Assembly (NCBI RefSeq): GCF_009914755.1
Contig: NC_060934.1
Source of the DNA: the human T2T-CHM13v2.0 reference genome, Homo sapiens
Length of the DNA stretch: 64,000 bases
Reading direction: 5' to 3' (one strand)
Numbering within the stretch: position 1 is the first letter of the stretch; each line of letters opens with the position of its first letter. Position numbers and translations under genes: made by a program. The notes under the pieces were generated by a model, which was not told where the DNA came from, made no database searches, and saw only the letters and a list, made by a program, of their open reading frames with translations. This document shows positions 1 through 13,868 of the stretch, in pieces.

Positions 1-1827
1 TTTTGGGGGATATTTACAATTTTGATGTGATCAAATTTTTAAATTTTTATCATACATGTATGAGGAAGGTGCAGGGACTGATGTCTTTGGAAATTCTTCA
101 GTATATTGAAATCATAAAGTTATTTTATATTTTCTTCTAAGAGCTGTGAAATTCTTTTCCTGCATACTTAGGTGTTTGATCCACCTGGAACTTACTTATG
201 GTGTGATGTGGGGATAGAAGTAAACTTCTTGACTACATAATAGTCTGTTGTTCTACTAATCTTTTCTCTCCTTTTCAATGCAATTTCTGTCATTGTCAAG
301 TTTATGTATATATGTGGAATGATTTCTGGCCTCTCTGTTATACTCAATTTGCATAATTTTTTTCTTGTGCCAATATTACCCTATTCTAATTGCTATAACC
401 GTATAATTTTCTTCCTCCCTCTCCCCTCTCTTCTTCATTTCCTGCTTCCTTCCTTCCATTTTTAGTTGGTATATAGGTCTTCTTCTGACTGAATCATAAG
501 AATTCTTTCTATATTCTTAATGTAAGTCTTTGTCAGATGTATGTATTGCAAATATTCCCTCCTGATTGGAGGTCTGTCTTTTTAATTTCTTAACAGAGTC
601 TTTCAAAGAGCAGAGATTCTTCTCCCATTCTAGAAATTTCTCTTGTTTAAAAAAAGTTCTAATTTTGAAATAATTTCAGGTTTACAAAAATGTTGCCAAA
701 AATAGTGCAAAGTTTCTTTATACCTTTAATCCAACTTCCCAAAATATTAACATCTTAAACCTGAAACAATTATCAAAATTAGAAAATTAATATTGAATAA
801 TATTCTTAATCTATAGAACTTACTCAAATATATTGACTGGCCTACTAGTGCTTTTTTGCTAATCCATGATCCAGCAGTTTATCAGAAGTTCACTAATTTT
901 TCTTATCTTTTCTGAGAACCAGGTTTTCATTTCACTCATTTTTTCTCTCTTGTGTTTTTACTATTTTATTAATTTCAGTTCTTATTTTGTATTTCCTCCC
1001 TTTCACTTGCTTTGAGTAACTTTTCCTAGTTTGCTAGTAGAACTTTAAAAATTCATTACTATACTGTCTTCTAATATAAGCATTTAAAGCAATAAATTTC
1101 TTTCTAAATATTGCTTTAGCTTTCTCTAACGCATTTTGATATATAATAATTTCTATGTTATTCTGTTGAAAATATTTAATAATATCCTTTGCGATGTCTA
1201 CTTTGATATATGGATTATTTAGAAGTGTCTTGCTTAATTTCCAAACATTTGAGAGCTGTCCAGATTTGAGAGGGAGGGGTGCGGTATTTATTTCCTATTA
1301 AATTAGTGTTTGTGTGGTGAGAGAATGTACTCTGTATGATTTTGATCTTTCTAGATGTGTGAGTTTAGCTTACAATTTAGCTTGATGAATGTTTAATGTG
1401 CCCTGGAAAAGCATGTGTATACTGTCATTGTTGGGTATATTGTCCTATAAGTGTCAACTAACAAAAGTTGGTTTTTACTTTTGTTCAAGTTTTTGTATGT
1501 CCTTATTGACTCTATGTATACATTTTGATTAATTACTAAGAGATGTGTGTCAAAATTTCGGACTGTAGTTCTGAATTTTTTAATTTTTTCATTTAGTCTA
1601 TAAGTTTCAGCTTTATGTATTTTTAGGCTTTGTTGTTAGATGCCACTTATACATTTAGTATTATTATATATTATTGATGCATTTGTCATTTTAAAATATG
1701 AAATGTCCTTCCATATTTCAAGTAATTTTTCCCATTCTGAAATCTACATGTTTATTAATATAACTCTTTTAGAGTTCATAGGATTTATTCTTTTCCATCC
1801 TTTTACCTTTAACCTATTTTCATATTT

Positions 1828-1966
1828 CTTTTCTTAATTTTTTTTTTATTAGAGTCAGAGTCTTGTTGTGTTGCCCGGGCTGGTCTTAAACTCCTGGGCC
1901 CAAGCAATCTGCCCACCTTGGCCTCTTAAAGTGCTGGGATTACAAGTGTGAGCCACTGCACCCAGC
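1828..1966 (-). mobile_element. Free left Alu monomer (FLAM_C-like)
   Basis: Poly-T followed by a single Alu left-arm sequence (gctggtcttaaactcctggg...gtgctgggattacaagtgtgagccactg). TSD cctat[t/c]ttcatattt at 1813-1827 and 1967-1981. Confidence 0.85.
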
Positions 1967-2472
1967 CCTATCTTCATATTTAATATTGTCTTCCTATTTA
2001 TAGCATGTAGCTGCTTTTCCTTTAAAAAATTCGTCTGAACAATCTCTACCTTCAAATGGAGGGTTTAGACCATTTGCATGTAATAAAATTATTAACATTT
2101 GGGTTTAATTCCACCATCTAGCTGTTTGTGTTCTATTCATCCTGTCTGGTTCCTATTCTTATGTCTTATTTTTCTAGCTTCCTGTTGATTAATTTAGTTG
2201 TTTTAGTATTCCAGTTTACCTATTTTGGTATGTGTGGTTGCTCTAGGGTTTACAATATGCACTTTTAACATATCACATCAATATCTTTAATTAAAATCCA
2301 CTTCCCATGCATTGTACTGCTGTACAACAAGGATGCTTCCATTTTCCCTAACATCCTCTATGCTATTACTGTCCTCTATTTCATTTCTACATGCTTATAA
2401 AATGCATAATATATGTTTATTATTTAAACTGCTAAGTATCTGCTAACTAAATTTTTAAAATAAGGAAAAAGG

Positions 2473-2475
<3 letters not shown>

Positions 2476-2512
<37 letters not shown>
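2476..2512. repeat. (AC)n microsatellite
   Basis: Pure AC run read directly from the sequence. Confidence 0.95.
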
Positions 2513-2513
<1 letters not shown>

Positions 2514-3789
2514 TTTTCTAGTTCCCATAGTTACCATTTCCAATATTCATTTCTTTGTGTAAATCTGAGTTTTCATTTTGGAAGCATTGTTCTTTAGCAT
2601 GAAAATTTTCCTTTAACATTTTTTAGGGTGGTTTTGCTTGTAATAAATTCTCTCAGCTTTTGCTTGCTTAGAAATTACCTTATTTCACCTTCACTTTTGA
2701 AGGATGTTTTCACTGGAGATAGAGTTTTAGGTTGACACTTTTTTCTTTTAAGCACATTAAATATGTCATTTCACTATGTTCTGTCTTGCATCATTTCTGA
2801 TTTGTGGTCATTCTAATCTCCTTTCACTGTTCAGAATGTGGCTATTCTTTTTCTGGCAGTATTTAAGATTTTCTCTTTATCCCTGGTTTTCAGCAATTCG
2901 ATTATTGTGTGCCATGGTGTGGTTTCCTTTTGTTTATTCTGTTTGGGGTTTGTTGAGTTTCTCAAATCTGTTGGTTTATAGTTCTCATTAAATTTGGAAA
3001 CTTTTAGCTGTGTTTTTCATTTTTATAAATTAGAATTTTTTTCTCAGATTTGCCTTTTTAAAAAATTTTCTTTCAACTTGATTTATTACCTGTTTACTTC
3101 TCCTGTTTATTGTGCCTGATGAATCTCATTATGTTGCTGTTACTGTTGCAATTTCTTCTCCCTCTTGTCCTCTTCCTATTCTTCTTTTTGAGAGTTGTTT
3201 TCCAAGACAGTATTTGATGCTCTATGCTATTGAGGTAGCTCTATTGGGCAACTTAAAATGTACTTTTCCTAAGACCCTGTAGGCATTACCAATACTAGAC
3301 CAGCTATTATATTCATTTTCTGCTTATAAGTCCTTCCCTAGGAGTGGGGTAAAAATGTAAACTCCATATCTCCCACTGCATAGACTTGGGCTTCCAATGT
3401 CTTATAGATGAATCTTTTATCATATATTGCTCAGACTGGTTACTTGGATTCGAAGCTGCATCCTACCAGGCACAGAGTATTATTCAGGGGATCAGTTTCA
3501 GTTCATTGTGCTTAAGGGTGAGGATCCTAAAACTCCTCTCCTAGGCATTTATGCTTATATCCACATCTGATTTCCCTGCAGGCCACTTGCCTTGTATTTT
3601 TGGATCCCACTGTGACTCTGGGTTTCCTTTTTATTTTTGAATGGTGCAGATTTTCCTTTCTTACTTTGAAGCTCAAGTGTATGTGTGTGTGTGTGTGTGT
3701 TTAAATATGTAAAATATTTGCCGTCATAGGAGTTTACTTCAAAAACTATACTAACTGAAATTCTAATATGAATTCTTCATTCTTAAATA

Positions 3790-4580
3790 TGAATGGGAAA
3801 ACCAAGAATCACTAAATATTTGAAGGATAAAATATGACATGAGGTTAATTCTAAGGCAAAAAAAAGAGAAAAATAGTGATGCCAAAGGAAATAGAGATAT
3901 TCAAGAAGAATAGAGGGGCAACACCTTTATTAATATCCTCTGAGACATGTGGGCTAACATTTCATCCACAAAGTAATAGGATACAATGAAAAGGGAAGAG
4001 TCAGAGAATAAGAATGAGATCTTGATGAGCAAAATATTATGGACAAAATGAAACAGTCTGTAGAAGAATTAGAAGTAACACATAAAGGAGACAAACATGA
4101 AAATATGAGAGACAAGGTAAGTGACAGAAGACCAATGCAGGAGCTCTAATAGTCAATTGATAGAAGTTACACAAAGAAAAGAAAGAAAATGAATGAAAGA
4201 AAATGTTCAAATAAATCATGGGACACAGTTTTGAAGAGCTGAAGGCCATCAAATATTCGACATGATAAATATAAATAAAAGGAAAAAATAATTGTGATTT
4301 TAGAACATTAAGGTAAATAACTGAAAGCTTTCTGAGAATGAAAAACTGATAAATCAGATAAATATAGTACCTCTGTAGGACTGACCTGTTATTGTGATGC
4401 CAGATGATGGTATAGAAATGCTTTCAAAGTTCTGATGAAAATGATTTCAACTTGAAATTCTATACTTTGGCAAAATATGAAATAAATGTGAGACGAAAGT
4501 AAATATATTTTCAGACATGAAAGAGTTAGAAATCTATTCCCCAGAATGATCCATCTTTTCTCATGCTCAGCAATAGAAAA
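3790..4580 (+). mobile_element. Ancient L1M ORF1-region fragment
   Basis: A-rich with degenerate L1 ORF1 hallmarks (aatgctttcaaagttctga, gatttcaacttgaaattctatact). Confidence 0.5.
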
Positions 4581-4599
4581 CAATTTTTACTGAGACACA

Positions 4600-5024
4600 T
4601 CCCAGCTAGCTAAATATTATATTTTTCTGCCTCTCTTGCAGCTATGAGTGGCTACATAACCATGTTCTTGCCAATTATTTGTAGTGGATGTGTTGTGAGG
4701 GGGGCTTCTTGGAAATATCTTTAAAAGGAACTGATAGTCTCCTATTATTATTCTTTCTAATTTCCTGAAATGTAGACATGGTAACTGGGGCTCTGACATT
4801 CATTTTGGTCCATAGTTTCCATGAGAATGAAAGCCATAGGCAGAGAATAATTTTTTAAAAAGTTAAAAAAAACTACATTCCTATGACAATATGAATCCAC
4901 CATATCAAGTTTGTACTGCCTACCTTCAAATTTCTTTTTGTGATAGAAAAAAATATATATATTTTATTTAAGTTACATTTATTTTTTATTCTTATAGGCA
5001 GCTGAACCTAATCCAAACTGACAC
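4600..5024 (+). mobile_element. Old MaLR LTR (MLT1J/K-like)
   Basis: Contains ctgcctctcttgcagcta...catgttcttgccaat and the terminal gcagctgaacctaatccaaactgacaca. Confidence 0.6.
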
Positions 5025-5614
5025 AGAAAGCTATTTGAGGATATTTATTAATTACTGAGTAATTTTATTTTATTTTTGCATTCACCTGGCCAAATGACGA
5101 TGGTCTGGGCAATAATCTGTAGTGGAAGTATGGAGACTTCCACTTCATACTTGTACAGAGGCTTCAAAGTACCAGTGGATTTAACCTAAGAGAGTTGTCA
5201 AAAGAAAAACCAGGAGGATTTCTGTGTAAAATCTTAAGGAAGATGATAAAAACATATTTCAAAAGTAAAATAAAAGCAACTGGAAACTCCAAGGGAAACA
5301 TAAGGCACTTAAAAATGCTATCACTTTGTTCTAAAATTAGCAATAGTTACAAAATCAAACTCATTTAAGCAATAATAAGCATCCTTCAGAGGGGAAGCTT
5401 TCTTCCAAAAATTATCAGTGTTTGCTTCTCCTAGGAATTTTTATTCAAACTAAGACAATTACTTAAAAACTTCAATTTCTTCAGGATTTATTTAAGTGTT
5501 GCCCTCTTTACATGAATTTACCTGGTATGTGGTGAGTTCTTTGTAGGCTCACTCTTATTCACCTTAGGAAAGTTTCTTATTATACCTGTGATTGTCATAT
5601 ATATTCCAACAGTA

Positions 5615-6470
5615 ATTTTATTTTATTTTATTTTAAATTCTGGGATACACGTGCAGCATGTGCAGGTTTGTTACAAAGGTAAACGTGTGCCATATTGGTT
5701 TGCTGCACCTATCAACCCATCACCTGGGTATTAAGCCTCACATGCATTAGCTATTTATCCTGATGCTCTCCCTCACCCCACTGCTCCAACAAGCCCCAGT
5801 GTGTGTTGTTCCCCTCCCTGTGTCAATGTGCTCACATTGTTCAGCTCCCACTTATAAGTGAGAACATTTGGTGTTTGGTTTTCTATTTCTGTGTTAGTTT
5901 GCTGAGAATACTTGCTTCTAGCTCCATCCATGTCCCTACAAAGGACCTGATCTCGTTCCTTTTTATGGCTGCATAGTATTCCATGGTGTATATGTACCAC
6001 ATTTTCTTTATCTAATCTATTGTTGATGGGCATTTGGGTGGATTCCATGTCTTTGCTATTGTGAATAATGTTGCAGCAAACATACGTGTGCATATATCCT
6101 TATAACAGAATGATTTATCTTCCTTTGGGTATATACCCAGTAATTAGATTGCTGGGTCAAATATAGTGTTTCTGGTTCTAAGTCTTTTAGGAATTGCCAC
6201 ACTGTCTTCCACAATGGTTGAACTAATTTACACTCCCACCAACAGTGTAAAAGCATTCCTCTTTCTCCACAGCCTTGCTAGCATCTGTTGTTTCTTGACT
6301 TTTTAAACAATCGCCATTCTGACTGGCATCAGATGATATCTCATTGTGGTTTTGATTTGCATTGCTCTAATGATCAGTGATATTGAGCTTTTTTTTGTTT
6401 GTTGGCCACATAAATGTCTTCTTTTCAGAAATGTCTGTTCATGTCCTTTGTCCACTTTTTAATGGGTTTG
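5615..6470 (-). mobile_element. 5'-truncated L1PA (about PA8-PA10) 3' end
   Basis: Reverse-complement L1 3'UTR with poly-T. Degenerate ORF2 C-terminus ([22 protein letters not shown] 6056..6256). Confidence 0.9.
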
Positions 6471-7339
6471 TTACATTCCACCAATTCTTCAGGAATACCA
6501 ATTATAGCATCTTGCAAACCTCAATAATAACACTAATGGTCCTTTATTTTATTTGTTTACCTAATTTTTGTCTTTCTCATTAGACTGTGACTTGTTGATT
6601 GTATAAACAGTATTTTTTACTTCTGTATTCCCAGAACATAGTCCAGCATTAGGCATATCACAGGTACTCATGTTTATTAAATGAATTAATGTGACAAAAC
6701 TTCATACAATACATACAAGAACCTGTTCCCCTTTTGCTGTTTCTTCAAGGAAGAAGAAAAAGAAAACAGTGAAAGAATTTGTGATTGAGGAGGAGAATAC
6801 TGAACACACTGAACAGACTTAACCTTCTCCAAAGCACTTATGCAGTAGCACGCGTACCCTCAGAGCATGTCTCATGATATTCCAGGGCCTCTTTTCACAG
6901 ATCACCTTGCAATCCCAGGTCACAAGGTGGGAGCTGCCAGCAGTCCTGGTATGAAACCACGGCACCAGCTTCCAGTCCTTCATTAAGTGAGGTGGCTTGT
7001 GATGGACTAGCCTAGGGTAATTGTGCCAAGCTACCGCTGCCCTGTCCCTGCCTTCCTGCCAAACAGACTCAGACATCAAGTGAGTAGTTTCACAAGCCTG
7101 CAAGGAATGGATATTTATAAAGACAAGTTATGTTGTGGTCATGTTCACATAGCATCACTGTCAGCTCAGCATGCAGGCAAACTAGAGCCATCTTCTCTGT
7201 GAACAACAAGCAGCTTTACTGAATGCAGAGCTCTAGGAAGGGAAACACATGAAATGAGGTATAGGGGAGTCCAACGAACTTGTCCATATGGAAGTCCACA
7301 ACCTTTCTTCTTTTCACATGGGCCCTTTGCCAGAGGCAT

Positions 7340-7520
7340 TTGACACGTGGTAGAAAGGTCATGTGACTTAATTAATAGACCTTGTTTCTGGTTCAGGTTC
7401 TGCTACTTACTGGCTTTGTGTCCTTGAACATGTCCTTCCCTATTTCTGGGCCTTAGTTTTCTCATTTGGAAAATTTCAACTTCATAGATTTGTTTTGAAG
7501 GTTATAAAAATATAATGAAT
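7340..7520 (+). mobile_element. MIR
   Basis: MIR core ttctgctacttactggctttgtgtccttgaaca...ccttagttttctcatttggaaaat. Confidence 0.65.
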
Positions 7521-10019
7521 GGAAGCATCTTTTATAAAAATTTTAAAAAATTGCTCTTTTTTAAACTGGGAAATGCCTCAGGGCTGTTCAGTCTATTGTG
7601 TTCAGCCTTTTTATGTAAAGAATTGTTAAAGAGAAATGTTACCAAATCAGGAAAAATTACTTGCATCGATAAACAGTATTAAAGAAAAACAACTTTGCTA
7701 ATATTTAACATCTTTGTTTATTAATCCACTAGTCAAATACTATTGAGCATATCATCACCATCATCAAGAATATTTGAGAATCTACTATTCAATTGTTCAG
7801 TAAACATTTCTCAAGTGCTCAAGTGAAAGGCAGTAGTTGAGCCCTCATGAGTGAATTCATAAATCAAAAGGAGAAGAGAATCCACAGGAGGAATGAGGCT
7901 GGCATAATAATTCAAGGCTCTTCTGGATAAGGTTCTTATTAGTAATTTCTAAAATCAGAGATATCAGACCTGGACACCTATATGATACTTCAGCTTGTTC
8001 AACTCTTACCTAACACATGAATTCTGTCTCCACTACACTCATAACTAAGAACTTACATGTGGCAGGGAGGGGGATATTCTATTTCAATTAGACCTAATTG
8101 CTAAAAAAACACTCCCCTCTCTTCACCATTTGGTTCTCTTCCAGCTACACACAGTAAGGTAGCTTTCTCTGCCATGGGACCACCCCTTGGATATTTAAAG
8201 ATGGCCATCGTGTCTCCTCCTCCTGTGCCTCCTTTCTCCAGGAGATAGAGCACTGTGCCTTGGATCACATGGTTCTGCCCCTCACCATGCCACTTTGTCT
8301 CTTTGGGCCTGCTCCAGTTTTTCCTGTGTCCTACTCAGGGTGTCACGTTCATCCTCATTTCAAAACTCTAGGAGTAGTTCCATGAAGGCAGAATAGGAAG
8401 GGATTCTAATTAATTGCCCCTGTTTAGAGTTCTCACTGGCATTCACATTTGTAAACCTAGAGATTACTGCCAAACTCAAATTTTCTTTACATATGATATG
8501 TCTCCCTTTATTTATAACTACACTCCCAGAAATTGTATATTTCTGAAATTTGACTTTTGGAACTAAGTTCACAACTTCTCAATTAAGTTTTACTCAATTT
8601 TATTTTAAGATGGTGGCATAAGCTCCTACCTCTAACAGAAGAAGTCATTTCCATTGTAGTTCAGTCCCTACTAGAATCATGGGGAGACTGATACAAGGGT
8701 CAATGCATAGTTTATAACTCATGCATTACCTCTGAGAGCTTACCTGTGATTCACTTATAATCATTCCCCACAGTTCTATTTATGATGTCAATGTTCTCCA
8801 ACTTAAGGATTTACCAGCAAGAATCTCCTGTTAAGATTTTGAATAACTCTTCCCTCTAGGAGTCAAAAAACAATTAAAAAAAGATATAGGAGCCAGATAT
8901 TAACACAAATATCATCTTTATTGTTGATAAGTGCATGGTATGGCCCCAGTGGAACCTGTGCAGCCCATTTGCCAGTTGCATGGTGGGGGTGCTCTGCACT
9001 TTCGAGCTTACCCTACCTTTTGGCAATTAGAACAAAATGTAAAATTAAAACCCTGCAGGCAGGCAGGTGGGCAGCAGATAGCCCAGAGGGCCAGAGTGGC
9101 ACATACTAAGGCCAGAGTCCTAATATCTCATATCAGATACACTCCTCCCTTAGGTTGGGCATACACAATTAGTTGCTGAGTCCTGTTACTGTGTTAGCTG
9201 CAGGAGAAGGCTGGCTTGTGTGGGTGCAGGCGCCTCTTCCAAGTCAACCTGCAAGTCCTCATTTACACACAGGTCCTGTGGCCATGCCCCTTTCTTCACG
9301 GCCTTGTAAGTTTTTATCAGAGGGGCAGAGGACACAGACGTCAGCCTGAGAACTGCTCACATCCTTCCCCAGCACTTCCTTCCCTCTCCTTGAAGTCTCA
9401 CACTCTGGAAGGGCTACTTGATGTCGGACACCTGGATGTGGAGGCAGGTGCCTACTCCATGGTTTTTCCTGTCTGCAAAGCCCCAGTCCTCAAAGTTGTG
9501 CTGCCCTGGGATTTGAACTAGAGGAGTGAGCTGGCAGGAGAAGATCAACATTGCTATTGGTACGCCCCTTGATCCCGCTACTTGGGTTGTGGCAGAGTAG
9601 AAATACATATTTATGTTTCTTTCCTCTCTCAATTTCCTTTTTAGTCTTAAGATGAGGTCTGGAGAGTCTCCATGCTTTGCCCTATTACCAAGTATAATTG
9701 TCTTATCTTTTCGTTTCTGGGTGCAACTAGTTCCCCTATCTTGTGCAAGTAACTTGCAAGCTTTTACAATCTCCTGTTCCAACACAGAACAATGAAAGGA
9801 TGCTGGACACTTCTTACAGTCTTCACTACTTCAGCTATGTATCTCTCCTTCTCCCTCACCTTCCTAGGGTTAGTGGGTAGCCCTCCTGACAAACTGGGCT
9901 CTGGCCTCCATTTGCTTCTTATGTATGGTTGTTGTAGAAAATTCAGGTAACAGAGTTCACTCATATTATTGGGAAGATATATTTGTACTAATATGAACCC
10001 ATCCCTTTTTTGTACTAAT

Positions 10020-10215
10020 AATACCTTTATTCTTTCAAAGTAATTTCATAATTATTATCTCATTTGGGCCTCATACCAATCCCATGAGCAAAGCCAATTA
10101 TGATTCTATCTTCTCATTTTATACCCAGAGATGGAGGCAGAAAATGGTGAAGTCATTTGCCTAAGGTTTAGAAGACAGCTAGGGACAGAACTGGGCTCAT
10201 ACTCCATGTGGGACT
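10020..10215 (-). mobile_element. MIR
   Basis: attattatctcatttgggcctca...ctcattttata...gaagtcatttgcctaagg. Confidence 0.6.
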
Positions 10216-10435
10216 CCACAGCTGTGGTGTGTTCTACTGAGTACGGCCGTGCAAACCTCAGGACAGCTGGGCCACCACCAGGACTCTAGTATGGTGGACA
10301 AGGTGCTGTCCCATGAGGAACCAGACAAATCAGTTCCAGCTGAATGCCCTCCTTGGGTGTACCTTCTTGAGAAGAAATATGCCCTGAGAAAATGGAAAGA
10401 ATTATCAATTGTGGAGTTAAAAAATCTATATATAC

Positions 10436-10795
10436 TGTATTGGTCTGTTTTCAAACTGCTGATAAAGACATATCCAAGACTGGGTAATTTATCAAGAAAA
10501 AGATGTTTAGTGGACTCACGGTTCCACATAGCTGAAGAGGCCCCACAATCATGGCAGAAGGCGAAAAGGCATGTCTTACATGATGGCAGACAAGAGAGTA
10601 TGACAGCCAAGCAAAAAGATATTCCCCTTATCAAACCATCAGATCTCGTGAGACTTATTCACTACCATGAGAACAGTTTGGAGGAACCGCCCCCATGATT
10701 CAATTAATTCCCACCGGGTTTCTCCCACGACACATGGAAATTATGAGAGCTACAATTCAAGATGAGATTTGGGTGGGGAAACAGACAAACCATAT

Positions 10796-10797
<2 letters not shown>
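10436..10797 (-). mobile_element. THE1 (B/C-like) solo LTR, ERVL-MaLR
   Basis: TG...CA termini (tgtattggtc...aaaccatatca), 362 bp long. 5-bp TSD tatac/tacac. Confidence 0.92.

Positions 10798-10798
<1 letters not shown>

Positions 10799-10836
<38 letters not shown>
10799..10836. repeat. (AC)n microsatellite abutting the THE1 LTR
   Basis: Pure AC run starting in the LTR TSD. Confidence 0.95.
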
Positions 10837-10839
<3 letters not shown>

Positions 10840-11684
10840 TATGTATGTATATATTTACATTCACATATAAATGTAAATGTATATATATTTTAAATTGACA
10901 TATATATGTAAATTTAACATTCTGCAGCACAGAAGGTTTGGGTGGCATTTTGGTGGCAAAAAGCAGAGTTTCAGCCCACTGGAAAATGATGGGAAATGAG
11001 AGTTGAGTGACACCGTTTAACTGAGAAACCTCTTTGGAGGTTTTATGGTATAATAGTTTAGGCGGACTAAAGGAAAGATGAAACATTCACCTTTCTCCTG
11101 GTAAAAGGCCAGCAAAGGAACTATGGGACGATCCATTATTTGCAGTTTTCCAGAAGCAGCATTTCCTCATCTATATATTTATCCAAATTATGTTAATAGG
11201 GAGAGTGAATTCCAGACCTGAACTGATACTCAGTTTGTGACACTATGAACGTTTAGCTTTAATTAAGACCCACATGTTTGTCCCTAATCCTTTATTAAAA
11301 TGACAGCAGTATTAAAAGGAAGAAAAAGAAAAATAGTAGACAACTAAAACCTCCTACCAAGAAAACCTCTGCTGTTTTGGATAACACGTATGCCATATTA
11401 TTCCACTTTGATGGAAAGATCAAAAAAATGCAAAGGAATTCATGTGTGTGGATGGCTTGAGTGCATCCACCCATCTCCCAAAGCAGCGTGTTTCCAAAGG
11501 GCAGAGATAGCCTCATGTCATGCCTCTTTTGTTTAATTTCCTCAAGATGCATCATTCTCCAAGGAGATGTGCTCAAGTTCTCTGTCTCTCCCACATTGTT
11601 TTCAAACCTGGTTACCACTGAATGCATTTCTAAATGACAAGGCGACTGGGTCTAAATCTTGATATGTTGAGAGAAAACCCAAAT

Positions 11685-11923
11685 TGACAGTTGGAAGAGG
11701 CAGAAAGAGGAAGGCACTTCCCATCCTTCCCGCATCCCAAATGTCATCCCTTCTTTGCTCAGGCTGCTCAGGCAATCCTGATAAAGAAACAAGCAGGCTC
11801 TTGAAAGTTTCTGACAGGTGTCATGGGCGCAGCCACTGAGTGGCCACAAGGGATGAAGCTTGACGTGACAGTGGCAGAGCCATCGAGGCTGGCTCCAGGA
11901 CATGCAGAGTTTGGTGGCTGTCA
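11685..11923. promoter_or_regulatory. Candidate TALE-homeodomain (MEIS/PKNOX/TGIF) motif cluster
   Basis: TGACAGGTGTCA at 11812-11823. TGACAG/CTGTCA at 11685, 11866 and 11918. CRE-like TGACGTGA at 11861. Motif evidence only. Confidence 0.3.
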
Positions 11924-13535
11924 ATTCCAATCCTTGTCACGCCCCAACTCCAGAATGGTGTCTACAAATGGATAGAGCCAGTGGAAGTGTTCAGGAAAGT
12001 TAAAAACATCCATTCCTAATCAAGTGATGTTGCCAAGCCATGCTAATGTAGGGTCGGCCACCCAAACTGCATGCACTCCAGCTGGGGAGGGTCGGGGAGG
12101 TGGGGGTCCAGGGCTGGCCACACTGGTTTGCTGTGAGTTTGTCTGCTGTCTTTATTTGTTCTCTGCATCGCTCTCCAAGTCAAGGCTCTCAATCTGCCAG
12201 TTCTTTCCCACATTTCTGTGTGTAATTTTTGTGCTGCCAGCATTTTCCCCACCAATAACTTCTGATGATTCTTATTCTTTTAATATAATGATCTCTGCTG
12301 CAGATCCTCCAGGATCTAAGTATTTGGCAAACCTGCTCTTCTGACTTGGCTTGAGAGTGATTTATAATGGGAGAGGAGAGCTAGCTTCTCAGTAACACTG
12401 TGTAAATAGTTTCATAAATATTACTCTCAGGCATTATTTTGAAATGTTAGTTCTCTTGACAGTCTGCCAAAGTCAAATATTTCTTGTAAATAAAAATCCA
12501 TGGCCAAGCCTCTTGCCCAGTGAAAGTAACAGGTGGTAATGAAGCTCACCTGGTGGGGGAGCCTGGCTTGATTAGCTCCAGCCCAGAAGTGAAGGTTAAC
12601 TGGCATTAGGCATGATGTATGATGATGGGGGTGTATGTGATCTTTAATCCAGCCTTCCAGCCTACTAATGGGAGATATATGCATTTAATGGCTCTTAATA
12701 CATTGGCTCGTAGTTAAGCATTTTCAAATAACGTGAGACTTGATAAGTGCGTTCATTAAAATATCTGACAAAAATTATTTGATAAAGAAGTCAATGGCAC
12801 ATATAGGCTCTGAGTATGCTTCCCACTGAAAATTCCTTGGAGTCCCTGGCAGGGTGATAAATCAACTATGGTGTTGGTCTCCCTCTCCAAACGCCTTGAG
12901 TCAATGATGAAATGGAAGGAGAATTCTGGTGTCTCAGTGACCCAAGTTGAGCCTGAAATTTGAGAATGACAGGGCCCAGAGTAGGTGTTTTTGTGGTAAC
13001 CTACACTGGGGAATGTCGAGATAAGTTTGGGCCACATATGCGGCTCCATCTTGGCTTCAGCCACTTTCTGCTCTGGTTTTGTGTTTGGTGACTGGAAATG
13101 ACCCTTTCAATAGAATATCTCCTTCTGGGGGACCTGCCTGAATGCAATGATGGTGTCAACTTATGTCAGGACCCATGGGCCCTCCCCATGCACACAGCAC
13201 TCTTGGAATCTCATCCTTTTCCATGACTCTGGCTCACACTTCCACAGCATTTACTCCTAAATATGTCTTTCTAACTGGTGCTGCCTCATACACTGATAGT
13301 AACCACTGGAATGTGTATATTCTAGTCTGAAGGAAGCTGCTTGCTCCCGTCAGTCCTGTTCTCTGCTGGGTTCCCTATTCTGTCCATGGTTCTGCTGTTC
13401 TCTTGGAGGCCCAGCCTCTAAATCTCAGCATGACTTTGACTTCTTTTTCTTCATTCCCCATAACCCAGCAGTCAGCAAGACCTGTTCTTACATGAGAACT
13501 CTTATATTTGTCCTCCACTTTTATTTTTACAATAA

Positions 13536-13868
<333 letters not shown>

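Larger units (their letters stand above)
1..3050 (-). mobile_element. Ancient degenerate L1M (L1MC/MD/ME-type) fragments
   Basis: T-rich sequence with reverse-complement L1 ORF1/ORF2-like phrases (e.g. tgcttaatttccaaacattt, aaattctctcagcttttgc). Boundaries approximate. Confidence 0.6.

Noticed and set aside
12980-13270. Possible processed-pseudogene/UTR fragment or YY1-containing element
   Set aside because: No poly-A, TSD or recognisable parent. It cannot be supported without a database search.
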